DNA from: Gekko japonicus
Lineage: Eukaryota
Assembly: GCF_001447785.1 (NCBI RefSeq)
Contig: NW_015170306.1
Coordinates: 295,917 to 359,916 of the forward strand
Reading direction: 5' to 3'
DNA: 64,000 nucleotides
Below are positions 37,651-48,714 of the stretch, in pieces. A program made the position numbers and the translations under genes. Below the pieces are notes generated by a model. It was not told where the DNA came from, searched no databases, and was given only the letters and a program-made list of their open reading frames with translations. The first letter of the stretch is position 1. Each line of letters begins with the position of its first letter.

Positions 37651-39448
37651 ACAGCAAGGAGAGATAAGGAGGCCTTCCTGAATGAACAGTGCAAAGTAAT
37701 AGAAGAAAACAATAGAATGGGAAGGACTAGAGATCTCTTCAAGAAAGTTGGAGAAATCAAGGGAGCGTTCCATGCAAAGCTGGCCATGATAAAGGACAAA
37801 AACGGTAGGGACCTAACAGAAGCAGAAGAGATTAGGAAAAGATGGCAAGAATACACAGAAGAACTATACACGAAAGACCTCGATGTCCTTGACAACCACG
37901 ACGGTATAATCACTGACCTCGAGCCAGACATCCTGGAATGTGAAGTTAAATGGGCCTTAGAAAGCATTGCTAACAACAAAGCTAGTGGAGGTGATGGTAT
38001 TCCAGCTGAGCTATTCAAAGTCTTAGAAGATGATGCTGTTAAAGTGCTGCACTCCATTTGCCAGCAAATTTGGAAAACGCAACAGTGGCCACAGGATTGG
38101 AAAAGATCAGTATACATTCCAATCCCAAAGAAGGGCAACGCCAAGGAATGTTCAAACTATCGCACAATTGCACTCATATCACACGCTAGCAAGGTCATGC
38201 TCAAGATCCTACAAGCTAGGCTTCAACAGTACGTGGATAGAGAACTACCAGAAGTACAAGCTGGGTTTCGAAGAGGTAGAGGAACGAGAGATCATATTGC
38301 CAACATTCGCTGGATTATGGAGAAAGCAAGAGAGTACCAGAAAAATATCTACTTCTGCTTCATTGACTATGCTAAAGCCTTTGACTGTGTGGATCACAAC
38401 AAACTATGGCAGGTCCTTAAAGAGATGGGAGTACCAGACCACCTCACATGTCTCTTGAGAAACCTGTATAAGGGCCAAGAAGCGACAGTTAGAACCGGAT
38501 ACGGAACAACTGATTGGTTCAGCATAGGAAAAGGAGTACGACAAGGATGTATACTGTCACCTTGCTTATTTAATATATATGCAGAGTACATCATGCGAAA
38601 TGCTGGCCTGGATGAATCACAAGCGGGAATTAAGATTGCTGGGGAAAAGATCAACAACCTCAGATATGCAGATGATACCACTCTAATGGCTGAAAGTGAA
38701 AAGGATCTAAAGAGCCTCTTGCTCAGAGTAAAAGAGGAGAGCGCAAAAGTGGGCTTGAAGCTCAACATCAAAAAAACTAAGATCATGGCATCCGGCCCCA
38801 TCACTCCTTGGCAAATAGAAGGGGAAGTCGTGGAAGTAGTGACAGACTTCACGTTCCTGGGATCCCAGATCACCACAGATTGTGACTGCAGCCATGAAAT
38901 TAAAAGACGCCTGCTCCTTGGGAGGAAAGCGATGGCGAACCTAAACAGCATGATAAAAAGTAGAGACATCACCCTGCCAACAAAAGTCCGCATGGTCAAA
39001 GCAATGGTATTCCCAGTAGTCATGTATGGCTGCGAGAGCTGGACTATAAGGAAGGCCGAGCGCCGAAGAATAGATTCTTTTGAACTATGGTGCTGGAGAA
39101 GACTCTTGAGAGTCCCTTGGACTGCAAGAAGAACAAATCAGTCAATCCTCAAAGAAATCAACCCTGACTGTTCCCTGGAAGGCCAGATAATGAAACTGAA
39201 GTTCAAATACTTTGGCCACCAAATGAGAAGGGAGCACTCACTGGAAAAGACCCTGATGCTGGGAAAGATTGAAGGTCAAAGAAGACGAGGACGGCAAAGG
39301 ATGAGATGGTTAGACAGTGTCAGCGATGCAACGAACATGAAATTGAGCCAACTTCGGAGGACGGCGGAAGACAGGAGAGCCTGGCGGGAGATTGTCCATG
39401 GGGTCGCGAAGAGTCGGACTCGACTGTGCGACTGAACAACAACAACAA
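37651..39448 (+). mobile_element. RTE-BovB LINE, 5'-truncated
   Basis: Uninterrupted 572-aa frame with BovB motifs; 3' GGGGTCGCGAAGAGTCGGACTCGACTG + (CAA)n tail. Confidence 0.95.
37717..39435 (+). CDS. BovB reverse transcriptase ORF (endonuclease absent)
   Basis: ECSNYRTIALISHASK, FIDYAKAFDCV, GVRQGCILSP, LRYADD, MYGCESW. Confidence 0.9.
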   Translation: MGRTRDLFKKVGEIKGAFHAKLAMIKDKNGRDLTEAEEIRKRWQEYTEELYTKDLDVLDNHDGIITDLEPDILECEVKWALESIANNKASGGDGIPAELFKVLEDDAVKVLHSICQQIWKTQQWPQDWKRSVYIPIPKKGNAKECSNYRTIALISHASKVMLKILQARLQQYVDRELPEVQAGFRRGRGTRDHIANIRWIMEKAREYQKNIYFCFIDYAKAFDCVDHNKLWQVLKEMGVPDHLTCLLRNLYKGQEATVRTGYGTTDWFSIGKGVRQGCILSPCLFNIYAEYIMRNAGLDESQAGIKIAGEKINNLRYADDTTLMAESEKDLKSLLLRVKEESAKVGLKLNIKKTKIMASGPITPWQIEGEVVEVVTDFTFLGSQITTDCDCSHEIKRRLLLGRKAMANLNSMIKSRDITLPTKVRMVKAMVFPVVMYGCESWTIRKAERRRIDSFELWCWRRLLRVPWTARRTNQSILKEINPDCSLEGQIMKLKFKYFGHQMRREHSLEKTLMLGKIEGQRRRGRQRMRWLDSVSDATNMKLSQLRRTAEDRRAWREIVHGVAKSRTRLCD

Positions 39449-39765
39449 AAGGGGACTTTGAAATTGACAAAACAAACAGAAAAACATTACAAAAGCGTGG
39501 TGAAAACTAGAAATAGGGAGAGTAAGGGTACAATAAGAGTGGGAAAACCAAAATAATAATAAAACTTAAAGAACTGATTTAGATCACCCTAGAGGAACTT
39601 AAAGAGAACTTAAAGAGACAGCAACCACTATATAAGTCAAATAAAGAACCAAATTATTTTTTAAGAAAAGTTTGGTACCAAAACCAAACCTTGAAACAAG
39701 CCCAAATAGGGTGCAAGAAAACAAAATTATATAATAATAATAATAATAATAATAAAAATTTAAAA

Positions 39766-40788
39766 ATGGCATCAGGATCATTTAAGAAGCCGGGTCTCCC
39801 ATCACCTAGCCAGGGAGGAGGACTACCCCAACTCAAAACAGGTGGTCCACCAGCAACACTGAACGATATTCAAACATTAATGACTAGTTACCTGCAACAA
39901 GCCGGGCAACAGACAGAGGAACTACTGATACTGAAAAAGGGGCTAGAACCCATACACACAAAAATTAACGACCTCTCAACTCAACTAAAAAATGATACTC
40001 AAGAGATAAAATCAAAAATACAAAAAATAATAGATAATACTACGCAACTGGAAGAAAAGGTAGAGGAAATTGACCAAGATGTTCAAGAGGTTAAGACTAA
40101 AGTAGACAAAATGGAGCAAACACTGATCATGTTAGAAGCGGAAAAAGCAGAAACAATATTAAGATTCCAAAATGTAAGTGAACAAGTGGATAAGAATTTA
40201 AAAGAAGTATTAATAACCAATATAGTAGAGCAATTGGGACTAGAAAACGAAAAAGAGATTTCTGATGACGTAGAAATGATACAAAGGAAAAGTTCAGCGT
40301 TTACCAGAAGACACAAACTCCCAAGAGAAGTCCACGTTAAGTTCCTTAGAAAGAGAACCAGAGATCAGATTATCTATGTGGCAAATTCAAAGAAACTAAC
40401 AATAATGGGATCTGAAATAAAAATTCTCAAAGAAACACCATGGAGAATAAGAGAAAAAAGAAGGAACTACGACATACTAACAGACCTATTAAGAAAAAAT
40501 CAAATTCAATACAAATGGTTGCTCCCGGAAGGACTTCTTTTTTCCTATAAAACAAAAAGATACAGAATAGACTCTATCTTCAAATTGGAAAATTTCCTAG
40601 ATACGGAAGGAGAAGACTTGGGCTGGCAAAGGGGTGCAGAAGAAGAGGAGGAAGAAGAAGACGAGGAAGAAGGAAGTGATACACAGGACGGTGCAACAGC
40701 ACAAGCAGAACCCACAGGGAAGGAGAAACAGGATATACACAAAGAGAAAAAAAACAACAAATTAAGAATAGGACTGAATCACAAATAA
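39766..40788 (+). CDS. L1 ORF1, apparently intact
   Basis: MASGSFKKPG start, heptad coiled coil, ILRFQNV, LPREVHVKF, YKWLLPEGL, acidic tail. Confidence 0.8.
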   Translation: MASGSFKKPGLPSPSQGGGLPQLKTGGPPATLNDIQTLMTSYLQQAGQQTEELLILKKGLEPIHTKINDLSTQLKNDTQEIKSKIQKIIDNTTQLEEKVEEIDQDVQEVKTKVDKMEQTLIMLEAEKAETILRFQNVSEQVDKNLKEVLITNIVEQLGLENEKEISDDVEMIQRKSSAFTRRHKLPREVHVKFLRKRTRDQIIYVANSKKLTIMGSEIKILKETPWRIREKRRNYDILTDLLRKNQIQYKWLLPEGLLFSYKTKRYRIDSIFKLENFLDTEGEDLGWQRGAEEEEEEEDEEEGSDTQDGATAQAEPTGKEKQDIHKEKKNNKLRIGLNHK

Positions 40789-40839
40789 GAACCAGGCTGC
40801 AACTGAAAAACATAGTCTTAACAAAACAAGATAAGAAAC

Positions 40840-43087
40840 ATGGCTACTAAAAAACTTTCTATCCTATCGGTCAACGTAAATGGGCTGAACAGCCCACAAA
40901 AAAGGAAAAAAACATTCCATCAAACCCTAAAACTAAACCCAACCATCACCTGTTTTCAAGAGACACATATAAAAGAAACTCACAGTAAACATCTAGACTG
41001 TAAAAAACTAGGCAAAACATTTGTCGCATCAGATACTGTAAAAAAAAAGAGGCCTGGTAACATATGTTAAAGAGCACCTCAATCCAGAACTTCAATATAA
41101 ATCACTAAATGTTAGAATGTTGGTGGTCCGAATTAGACTCAATGGAAAAACAGTCCATATAGTGAATATATATGCCCCAAATCAAAACCAAGAAAATTTC
41201 TATAAAGAACTGAAAGAAATAGTAGCGAAGGAATGCATAGGAGATATAATTTTAGTGGGCGACTATAATGCCGTATTAAATGAGAGAGAGGACAGAAAAA
41301 GAACGAAGAAAACAATAAAAAATGGCACGCTCCTACCAAAATCTTTTTTACGAATGGCAGAAGAACTAAATCTCATTGATATCTGAAGAACAAGGAACCC
41401 GCAGACGAAAGATTTCACATTTTTCTCCGATAGGTTTAAATCCTGGTCACGTATAGACATGATTTGGGTAAATGTGGAACTGGCAAAAGATCTAGCAGAA
41501 GTGGAGATTCTACCCAAAACATATGCTGATCATAACCCGATGTGGATAGCGTTACACACGGGGACTAAGCAAAAAAGATGGAGATTGAACGTTGGACTAC
41601 TACAAGATAAACATTTTTTTAGGGAAACTTAAAACGGAAATTAAAGATTTTATCAAGATAAATAGAACAGAAGATATATCAATCAATACAGTCTGGGACA
41701 CATTGAAAGCATATATAAGGGGACTGCTAATCACACAAGAAATATGGAAAAGGAAGCAAAAGAATGAACAATACAAAAAACTAGTTGAGAATCTAAAAAA
41801 AGAAGAAGGGAACTTGAAAAAAGATGGAAACTTAGGAGAAATCCAAATAAAGATAAAACTAATTCAACATCAAGTGAACATGCTCTTAACACAAGAAATT
41901 GCTAAGAAAATAGATTATGCAAAGGCGTATCACTTCGAAAACGCGAATAAACCAACGAGATGGTTAGCGTACAGGCTAAGAAAAGAAATAGAGAAGAGAA
42001 CCATTACAGCGTTAAAGAATGAAAAAAGTGAATTAGAATATACAAACGAGAAAATGAAAAACATTGTAGAAAATTTCTATACAAAGTTATATAATCAAGA
42101 AGCATTTGATAAAAAGGCTAGCCAAGAATACCTCGAGAAACACAATCTAGGAAGGTTCACAGAAACACAAAAGAAAATATTAAATGACCCAATAACCATG
42201 TGCAAAATTATTGAGGCACTTAAAAGACAAAAGAAGAAAAAAGCTCCAGGACCAGATGGTTTAATGGCAGAATTCTACCAAAAATGTGAAGAGGAACTAA
42301 CATCACTATATAAAGATCTGGTGCAGAATATTGTGCAAACGGCAGAAATCCCACAAACATGGAATGAAGCATTAATAACTTTGATCCACAAACAGAACAC
42401 AGAAGGGTCTGAAATTAAGAACTACAGGCCAATCTCGCTTCTGAATGTAGATTACAAAATCTATGCAGCAATATTAGCAGACAGATTTAAAAAGGTAATG
42501 TCCCAAATTATTCATCAAGATCAATCAGGCTTTCTCCCCAAAAGACAAATCAAACAAAATATAAGAACCATAATCGATATTATAGAGTACTATGAATACC
42601 AACCTGGCAAAAAACTGGCATTGATGTTTCTTGACGCGGAGAAAGCCTTTGACAACGTCAATTGGGAATTTATGAAACAAAAGCTAACATTGTGGGATTG
42701 TGGGAACAATTTCAAGAACATGGTAGAAGCTGTATATAAGGAACAATGGGCAAAAATAATAATAAATGGAGAACTTACTAGAAAGATTCCTATAGAAAAA
42801 GGAACGAGGCAAGGCTGTCCATTATCCCCATTGTTATTTATATTTGGACTGGAGACATTAACTGAAAGAGTAAGAAACTCAGAGGAAGTTAAAGGCCTGA
42901 AAATCAAAGGAGAACAATTTAAACTGCAAGCGTTTGCGGATGATTTGGTCTTCATTTTGGAAGATCCAAACTCTTCGATAAAAAACTTACTTAAAATAAT
43001 ACGGGATTATGGCGCAGTAGCGGGCCTCAAAATAAACATAACTAAGACAAAAATCTTAACAAAGAACTGCAATAAAGAAGAGATAAA
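40840..43087 (+). pseudogene. L1 ORF2 with frameshifts and a stop, truncated after RT
   Basis: ORF pieces 40840..41070, 41117..41386, 41592..43109. Confidence 0.85.
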
Positions 43088-43427
43088 ATGGCCCCTTCCA
43101 ACTCTATGATTCTGTTTGTATCTGTAAACTGACTGAGTCTGAGAGGAAAAAGGGTCTTGGAGTTTTAGCTTGATGAAAATGTCAATTCAGTGGGCAGCTG
43201 CAGTGAAACTCCATGCTGGGGATTCTTAGATAAGGGATCCAAAATAAAATGATTAATATTGTAGTACCCGGTACAGATCTTGGGTGTGGCCTTATTTGGA
43301 AGGTTGTGTACAGTTATGGTTGCCATATCTCAAAAAGGATATTGAAGAGTTGGGAAAAGCACAGAAGAGGATAACTAGAATGTTTAAAGGGTTGGAGCAC
43401 CTTTCCTATGAGAAAAGGCTGGAGTGT
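43088..43427 (+). mobile_element. Short CR1 3' tail followed by an older CR1 ORF2 fragment
   Basis: GGCCCCTTCCAACTCTATGATTCT; then PYLEGCVQLWLPYLKKDIEELGKAQKR. Confidence 0.75.
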
Positions 43428-43661
43428 AGGGCTACCAACCTCCAGATGGTGGCTGGAGATCTCTTGGGTTACAACTGATCTGCAAGTGAAAGAGATCAGT
43501 CCACCTGGAGAATATGGCCACTTGGGAAGGTGGACTCTTTGGCATTATACCCCACTGAAGTCCCTCCCCCCAACCCTGCCCTCCTCAGGCTCCGCCCCCC
43601 AAAATCTCCAGGTATTTTCCAGTCTGGAGCTGGCAACCTTACTGAAGAGTCTGGGACTTCT

Positions 43662-43990
43662 TAGGGCAATTCTGCATCTAGCATTTGCTCCACATTTTCT
43701 CAACTGGGAGGGGAAAGTGCAGTTCAAAACCACACATTCAAATACCTCGGGGCAATGCCGGTGCTGACTGCAGAGTCACCCCTGAACGGCCATAAAATGG
43801 CCATAAATCTATGCTGAATGTACCGTAAAACCGGTGATCAAAGAACACGAAAGCGGCATGAAGTGTGGAAGCTACCATAAAACCCGATGATCATAGGAAG
43901 TGGAAGCAGCTTGCAATGCAGAGGGGAATTTCTGCTCCAACGTGGGTTTCATAAAACAAGGGAGGGAAAAGCCAATGCGGAATCAGCCTC
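43662..43990. mobile_element. Harbinger-like MITE
   Basis: AGGGCAATTCTGCAT / ATGCGGAATCAGCCT termini. Confidence 0.5.
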
Positions 43991-44655
43991 CACGGGGGGG
44001 GGGGCGACAAGGGAGGCACGATAGAAGTCAATAACATTTACGTTGGGTAGAGGAAGTGGCCAGATGGAAGCACAGAAAGCTTCACAAGACAGAATCGTGT
44101 AGGAGTGATCCATCAAGAGCGACTGGCTATCAAAACAGGGAACCTCCAAACACAGCAGAAGCAGCCTCAGAGTGCCAGTGCTGGAAAGCAGCCGGGGAAT
44201 GGCTGAGCCTCTGTGCCCTCCCCATTGGCCTCCAGGGCAATTGGTCTTCCTGCCACTTAATAAAACTGGAGGCTGGGCCAGATGGGGCACTGGTCAGACC
44301 CTCCAAGCCCCTCTGTACGTACTTATATTCTCTACCCACACTTTATAGATGTTTTTTGGAAACACGGAACCAATATTCTATCCAATACCTCAATAGGGAG
44401 CAAACTCGAGACACCCTTTCAGTTTTCGAAGTATTGAATGAAAGGAACTAAGGGGATTGAACAAAAGCGACATTATTTTCCTGGAGAAGTATTGATTTCC
44501 CTGACTTGAGGATACATCTGCAAGCCCTTGGTGAAATGTGGTCCATAGCCTGGCAACAGAATGCTTGTTTCTTTTTGTTTGTTTTTTAAGCAAAGTCGCC
44601 AGTTCAAAACCGACCGTGACAGGATTTCAAACGCCATTCAGCAGTAGGCGTATCC

Positions 44656-44870
44656 GATTGGGTTTTTCCCTTGGTCCTGGTCCCATACTACTTTGGATCA
44701 TTCCCTGATTTCTGCATGTATTTTTGTGCCTTCAGTTCCCTCCCTCCCACACACACACACACACACACACGATTGGGATTTTCCCTTGGTCCTGGTCCCA
44801 TACTACTTTGGATCATTCCCTGATTTCCACATGTATTTTTGTGCCTTCAGTTCCCTCCCACACACACACA
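44656..44870. repeat. ~115-bp tandem duplication ending in (CA)n
   Basis: GATTGGG.TTTTCCCTTGG...TTCCCTCCC(AC)n occurs twice. Confidence 0.9.
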
Positions 44871-46514
44871 AACACACATATAACATTTTTCTCCGGTTGG
44901 TTTGAGACCACTTTTACCCCGATCATTTCCTGGATGCCAATGTTGAGTCACCTTTTTCCTTGTGCATACCGCTTTCCTCAGTTTCTTTTGTCCCACCCAC
45001 TCCCACCCTCCTCTAGCCCACTTTTCAGTGATTGGACTGTCATTTCCCTCAAACCACTCCCTCTCCTAGACAGCCAGTTTGGTGAAGGGGTTAAGGGTGG
45101 TGGACTCTACTCTGGGAGAACTGGGTTCGATTCCCCACTCCTTCACATGTGGCTGCTGTATTTTATTCAGCACTTTTTTAAAGCAGTGTTGATACGGCCT
45201 CGGTAGAGAAACGGTCATTCCACAGTCCAACTGTGGTCCTGAATCGATCTCTGAGAGGCATGTTTGGGCTTCCCATCATGCAATGGGAAGACTGGGGACA
45301 TTACAGGGAGCCCAAAACAAGGGCTAGGGGGAAGGAAAAATTATTGGTGGTTCTGCCCCCATGAAATGGCCTATTGTCAGTTTCCTGTGGGAAGTTGATC
45401 TTCAGGCAAAATGGACTGCCTGGTTGGCCAGCATGGTTGGCCATGCAATGGACTGCCTGGTTGTATCTGGTTGGCCATGCTGGAGTAGATGGAGTAGATG
45501 GAGTCTGATGTTCTTGAGTCAATCACAAGTTCTTAGAGCTGTTCTCTCAAGAGCAGTTTTCTGAGAGCTCTCTCAGCCCCACCTACCTCACAGGGTGTCT
45601 GTTGTGGGGAGGGGAAGGGAAAGGAGATTGTAAGCCACTCTGAGACTCCTTTGGGTAGTGAAGGGCAGGGTATAAATCCTTCCCCTCCCCCCTTCTTCTC
45701 CTTCCTCTTTCTCCTCCTAAACCTGAAATGACTGGTTCCATTTTTTATTAAACAAATGCAACATTTACATTGATATATTGGCATAAGTGTGCACAAAAAA
45801 CTAAAAGGGGGTATTCTGTGACACCACTGATGACATCAACGACAACAGCATCCTCCTTTGACAATCCTGGTCATCGAAGGCACGTTCAGAAGAAAATAAA
45901 CTGACTCCACAACTGTGAAAATGCAGAGGGAAGGCAGATGTGCTCAAGTATCGTGCCCAGACCGATTCCAATGCTTGTGGATCGACTGCCAAGAAAATCA
46001 GGAGTCAATCGTAGATGCAGAAAAGCCTACTGTCAAAGGGAGCTTCATAGATTTCAGTTTCTGTGGTTTCCCATTGACTTACAATGTTCTCACCTTTGGT
46101 TCTCATATCCCAGCCCAGAGCAGCAGCTGTTCAGAACAGAGTGCCAAGTGTAGAGAGACAAGGATGTTGTGTTTAGTGTTGCATTGGCCCAAGGCTTGCA
46201 CTCACAGCTATCCAAGGCAACACAGTGTATAAAGAAAGAGAATAAGAATTAGCTATCAGTTCCTCTAAAGACTCGGTACAGATTTGGAACAATTGCTTTA
46301 CAACTCAAGACGTTATGTTCCTCATGCAAGTTTAAATTCTGAAGGAACTGATAGGCCCACCAGAGGAGAGAAATATGGCAAACTGCCATACCAGCAGCTT
46401 AGTCCGAATTCTGATAACAGGCAAATTTGCAATGTCCTAACAGATGTCTGCTTAAAATGCAGAGGCCCTCGCTTGTGAATCTTATGTAAGGTTCAGCTTC
46501 TTTTGTTCTCGCAG

Positions 46515-46603
46515 TGGATTGTGAACAGCCGCTGGCACCCGGCCCAGGTCTCTCACGCAGTGATTCACCTAAGACTACACAGCACCATCTGCCACTGTCT
46601 CAG
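46515..46603 (+). CDS. Candidate 89-nt internal exon of an unidentified host gene
   Basis: Acceptor CTTCTTTTGTTCTCGCAG, donor CAG|GTAAGG, apparently non-repetitive context, open phase-1 frame xDCEQPLAPGPGLSRSDSPKTTQHHLPLSQ. Confidence 0.45.
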
Positions 46604-47060
46604 GTAAGGGAACAGGCATTACGAGGCGATGCATGAGAAAGTGTTGCCAGTGTAAGCAAGCTGGTGTGTGTGTGGGGGTGGCTGGCTGGTCCAGGCTTTT
46701 CATCTTATGGGACAGCCATGTTTGTTCATTCTCTGTCTCCACCATCCCAGCCAAATGCAAGGGGGATATGTGGTCCATTTGACATAGCAAAATGTGGACA
46801 TGGGTGAGGGCAGATGAATACGGATCCCCTCAGCTGATCACGGCTGGGGAAAGAAGTGTCTGAAGTGGCATGAGGTGGTAAAAGAAAGGAGGGAAGAGTG
46901 ATGGGCAGGGCTCCCCTCAGCTGTTTTGTTTCAAAAGTAAAGCCAGCTTTGGAAGTGACAGGGCAGATGTATTTATATAGAAATGAGTGTACTTCCGGCC
47001 TTTCTAGGGGTCCTCTGAAGAAATACCAAACCACACTTTCAGCAACCATCCATTCAGGTT

Positions 47061-47350
47061 AGGATTCCCAAGTACTTACCGCGATCCAGTGGGGGAAACA
47101 TGCTCCCTGGTCGGACCATTCCTCCCTGTAACGCACCATGCCATCGCCAGGAAGTGACACTGAGCAACGCTCTAGCAATGGGGCTGAAAACTCTATGGTC
47201 CCATCGAGTTTCCAGCCCCATTGCCAGAGCATCACCCGGCATCACTTCCTGGCGATGGCATGGTGCGGCGCGTCTGTTGTCCCCGCAGGATTAGTCCTGC
47301 GAAGATGTCTGTGTCCCCCGCTGAATCACGGTAAGTACTTGAGAAGCCTG
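47061..47350. mobile_element. Fold-back palindromic MITE
   Basis: CAAGTACTTACCG / CGGTAAGTACTTG and GCACCATGCCATCGCCAGGAAGTGA / TCACTTCCTGGCGATGGCATGGTGC. Confidence 0.8.
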
Positions 47351-48354
47351 ATTCAGGTGAGGGAGATGCTACTCTGAGCTGAATCAACAAACATGGCTGC
47401 TCCAGCTTTATCCTGAGGGGAAAGATGCATCCTTTGCTAATTTATATGGGTTGCTTAAAGTATACAAGCAGCCTCTTTTGATTTTTTTTCCTTCTTCTTC
47501 TTCTCAGCAAGCTTTCGTTTCTCCATCTGGAGTTCCCGTGGAGTCCTTCTATAATAGTACAAAGTATTTTTTGTAGTTTTGGTTTCCTTGTGATCAAGCT
47601 AAACAAAGCATCCTTGCTTATTAAAGGACAAAGCCTCCCTGTGCCTGTGGTGGAACGTGGGGTGATGAAGTGGACTTGAACTCACAAGCCTGTTTACAGA
47701 AAGGCTCCTAGAAGGGGCGCAGCTTCATTTCCTGAAAACTTCTGGCTGCTGAGAAATAATGGCTGCTACATTTGGGGTCTTTTTCACCATTCAGTCAACT
47801 GCACAGTAAACTCTGGGAAGAAGACATGGAGAGACTGACTCACTTTCCCACAGCTAATTATGTAACAGATGAAGAGAAAGAAATTCTGCTCAGCAGAGTC
47901 AGGGCTCCTGCACACTGGTCCCTAAAAGGCCATCTACCGCTGTAAAGCTCAAACTTTAGAGATAATACAGTTGCCAACCTTCGGGTGGGGCTGGAGATCT
48001 CCAGGAATGGCAACTGATCTCCAGACTACTTAAACTATTCATTTGTTATTTATGTATTTAACATATTCCACTTCTCCTGGAGAAAATGGCTGCTTTGGAA
48101 GGTGGACCGCATGGCATTATACTCTATCGAGGTCCCTCCCCTCCCTAAACCCCACTCTTCCAGGCTCCACCCTCAAATCTCCAGGTAGTTCTGAATCTGG
48201 AGATGGCAACTGTATTTGGTGAAGTTAACAAGTCTGTTGAGGAATGATTTTAACGCCATATTCAATGAAACAATTGAATAATTTGAACGTAACTCCAAAT
48301 CAATGAGGTCCGGCAAGAGAGTTCTAGATTTCCCCGCCCCCCTCAGAATTATAT

Positions 48355-48714
48355 CTGTGTCAGACTCTGGGAGAAATCAGTTCCCAACAACACTCATTCA
48401 GAAGAATGTAAAGTTTATTGAGGCATTGATAGGACCCAGCCTGTATGTTGGCTGTGTTAGAACTGAAAATGGAAGCACAAAAGCGATAGATATAAAAGGT
48501 TCAAACAGGCACCCTAAAAGGCTACGAGACAATCACCCCCAGGTATTCCACTCACCAAAACCAATGGCTCAGTGTTCCCACCTTGGTGACATCCCCCCAA
48601 CACGTAGACAAAATCCAGGTGGTGTAAACTGAGACTCAAGGCCTGTGGATGTTCCCCGGCATGATAAGCAACACTACTTCAAAGCATCTAAAAGTGAAAG
48701 CATTTGAAATTCAC
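48355..48714 (-). mobile_element. Possible solo LTR
   Basis: TG...CA bounded; AATAAA on the - strand near one end; shares TGTTAGAACTG with 57460-57858. Confidence 0.4.

Larger units (their letters stand above)
36747..43087 (+). mobile_element. Second L1 family member: 5' UTR, ORF1, 3'-truncated ORF2
   Basis: CpG-containing 5' region; ORF1 39766-40788; ORF2 from 40840 with NVNGLNSP, QETH, NIYAPN, KAPGPDG, GTRQGCPLSPLLF, FADD. Confidence 0.85.

Noticed and set aside
37500-39023. 214-aa and 209-aa - strand ORFs
   Set aside because: Antisense frames of BovB.
45800-46232. Overlapping short ORFs suggesting a pseudogene
   Set aside because: No recognisable motif and no consistent frame or splice structure.
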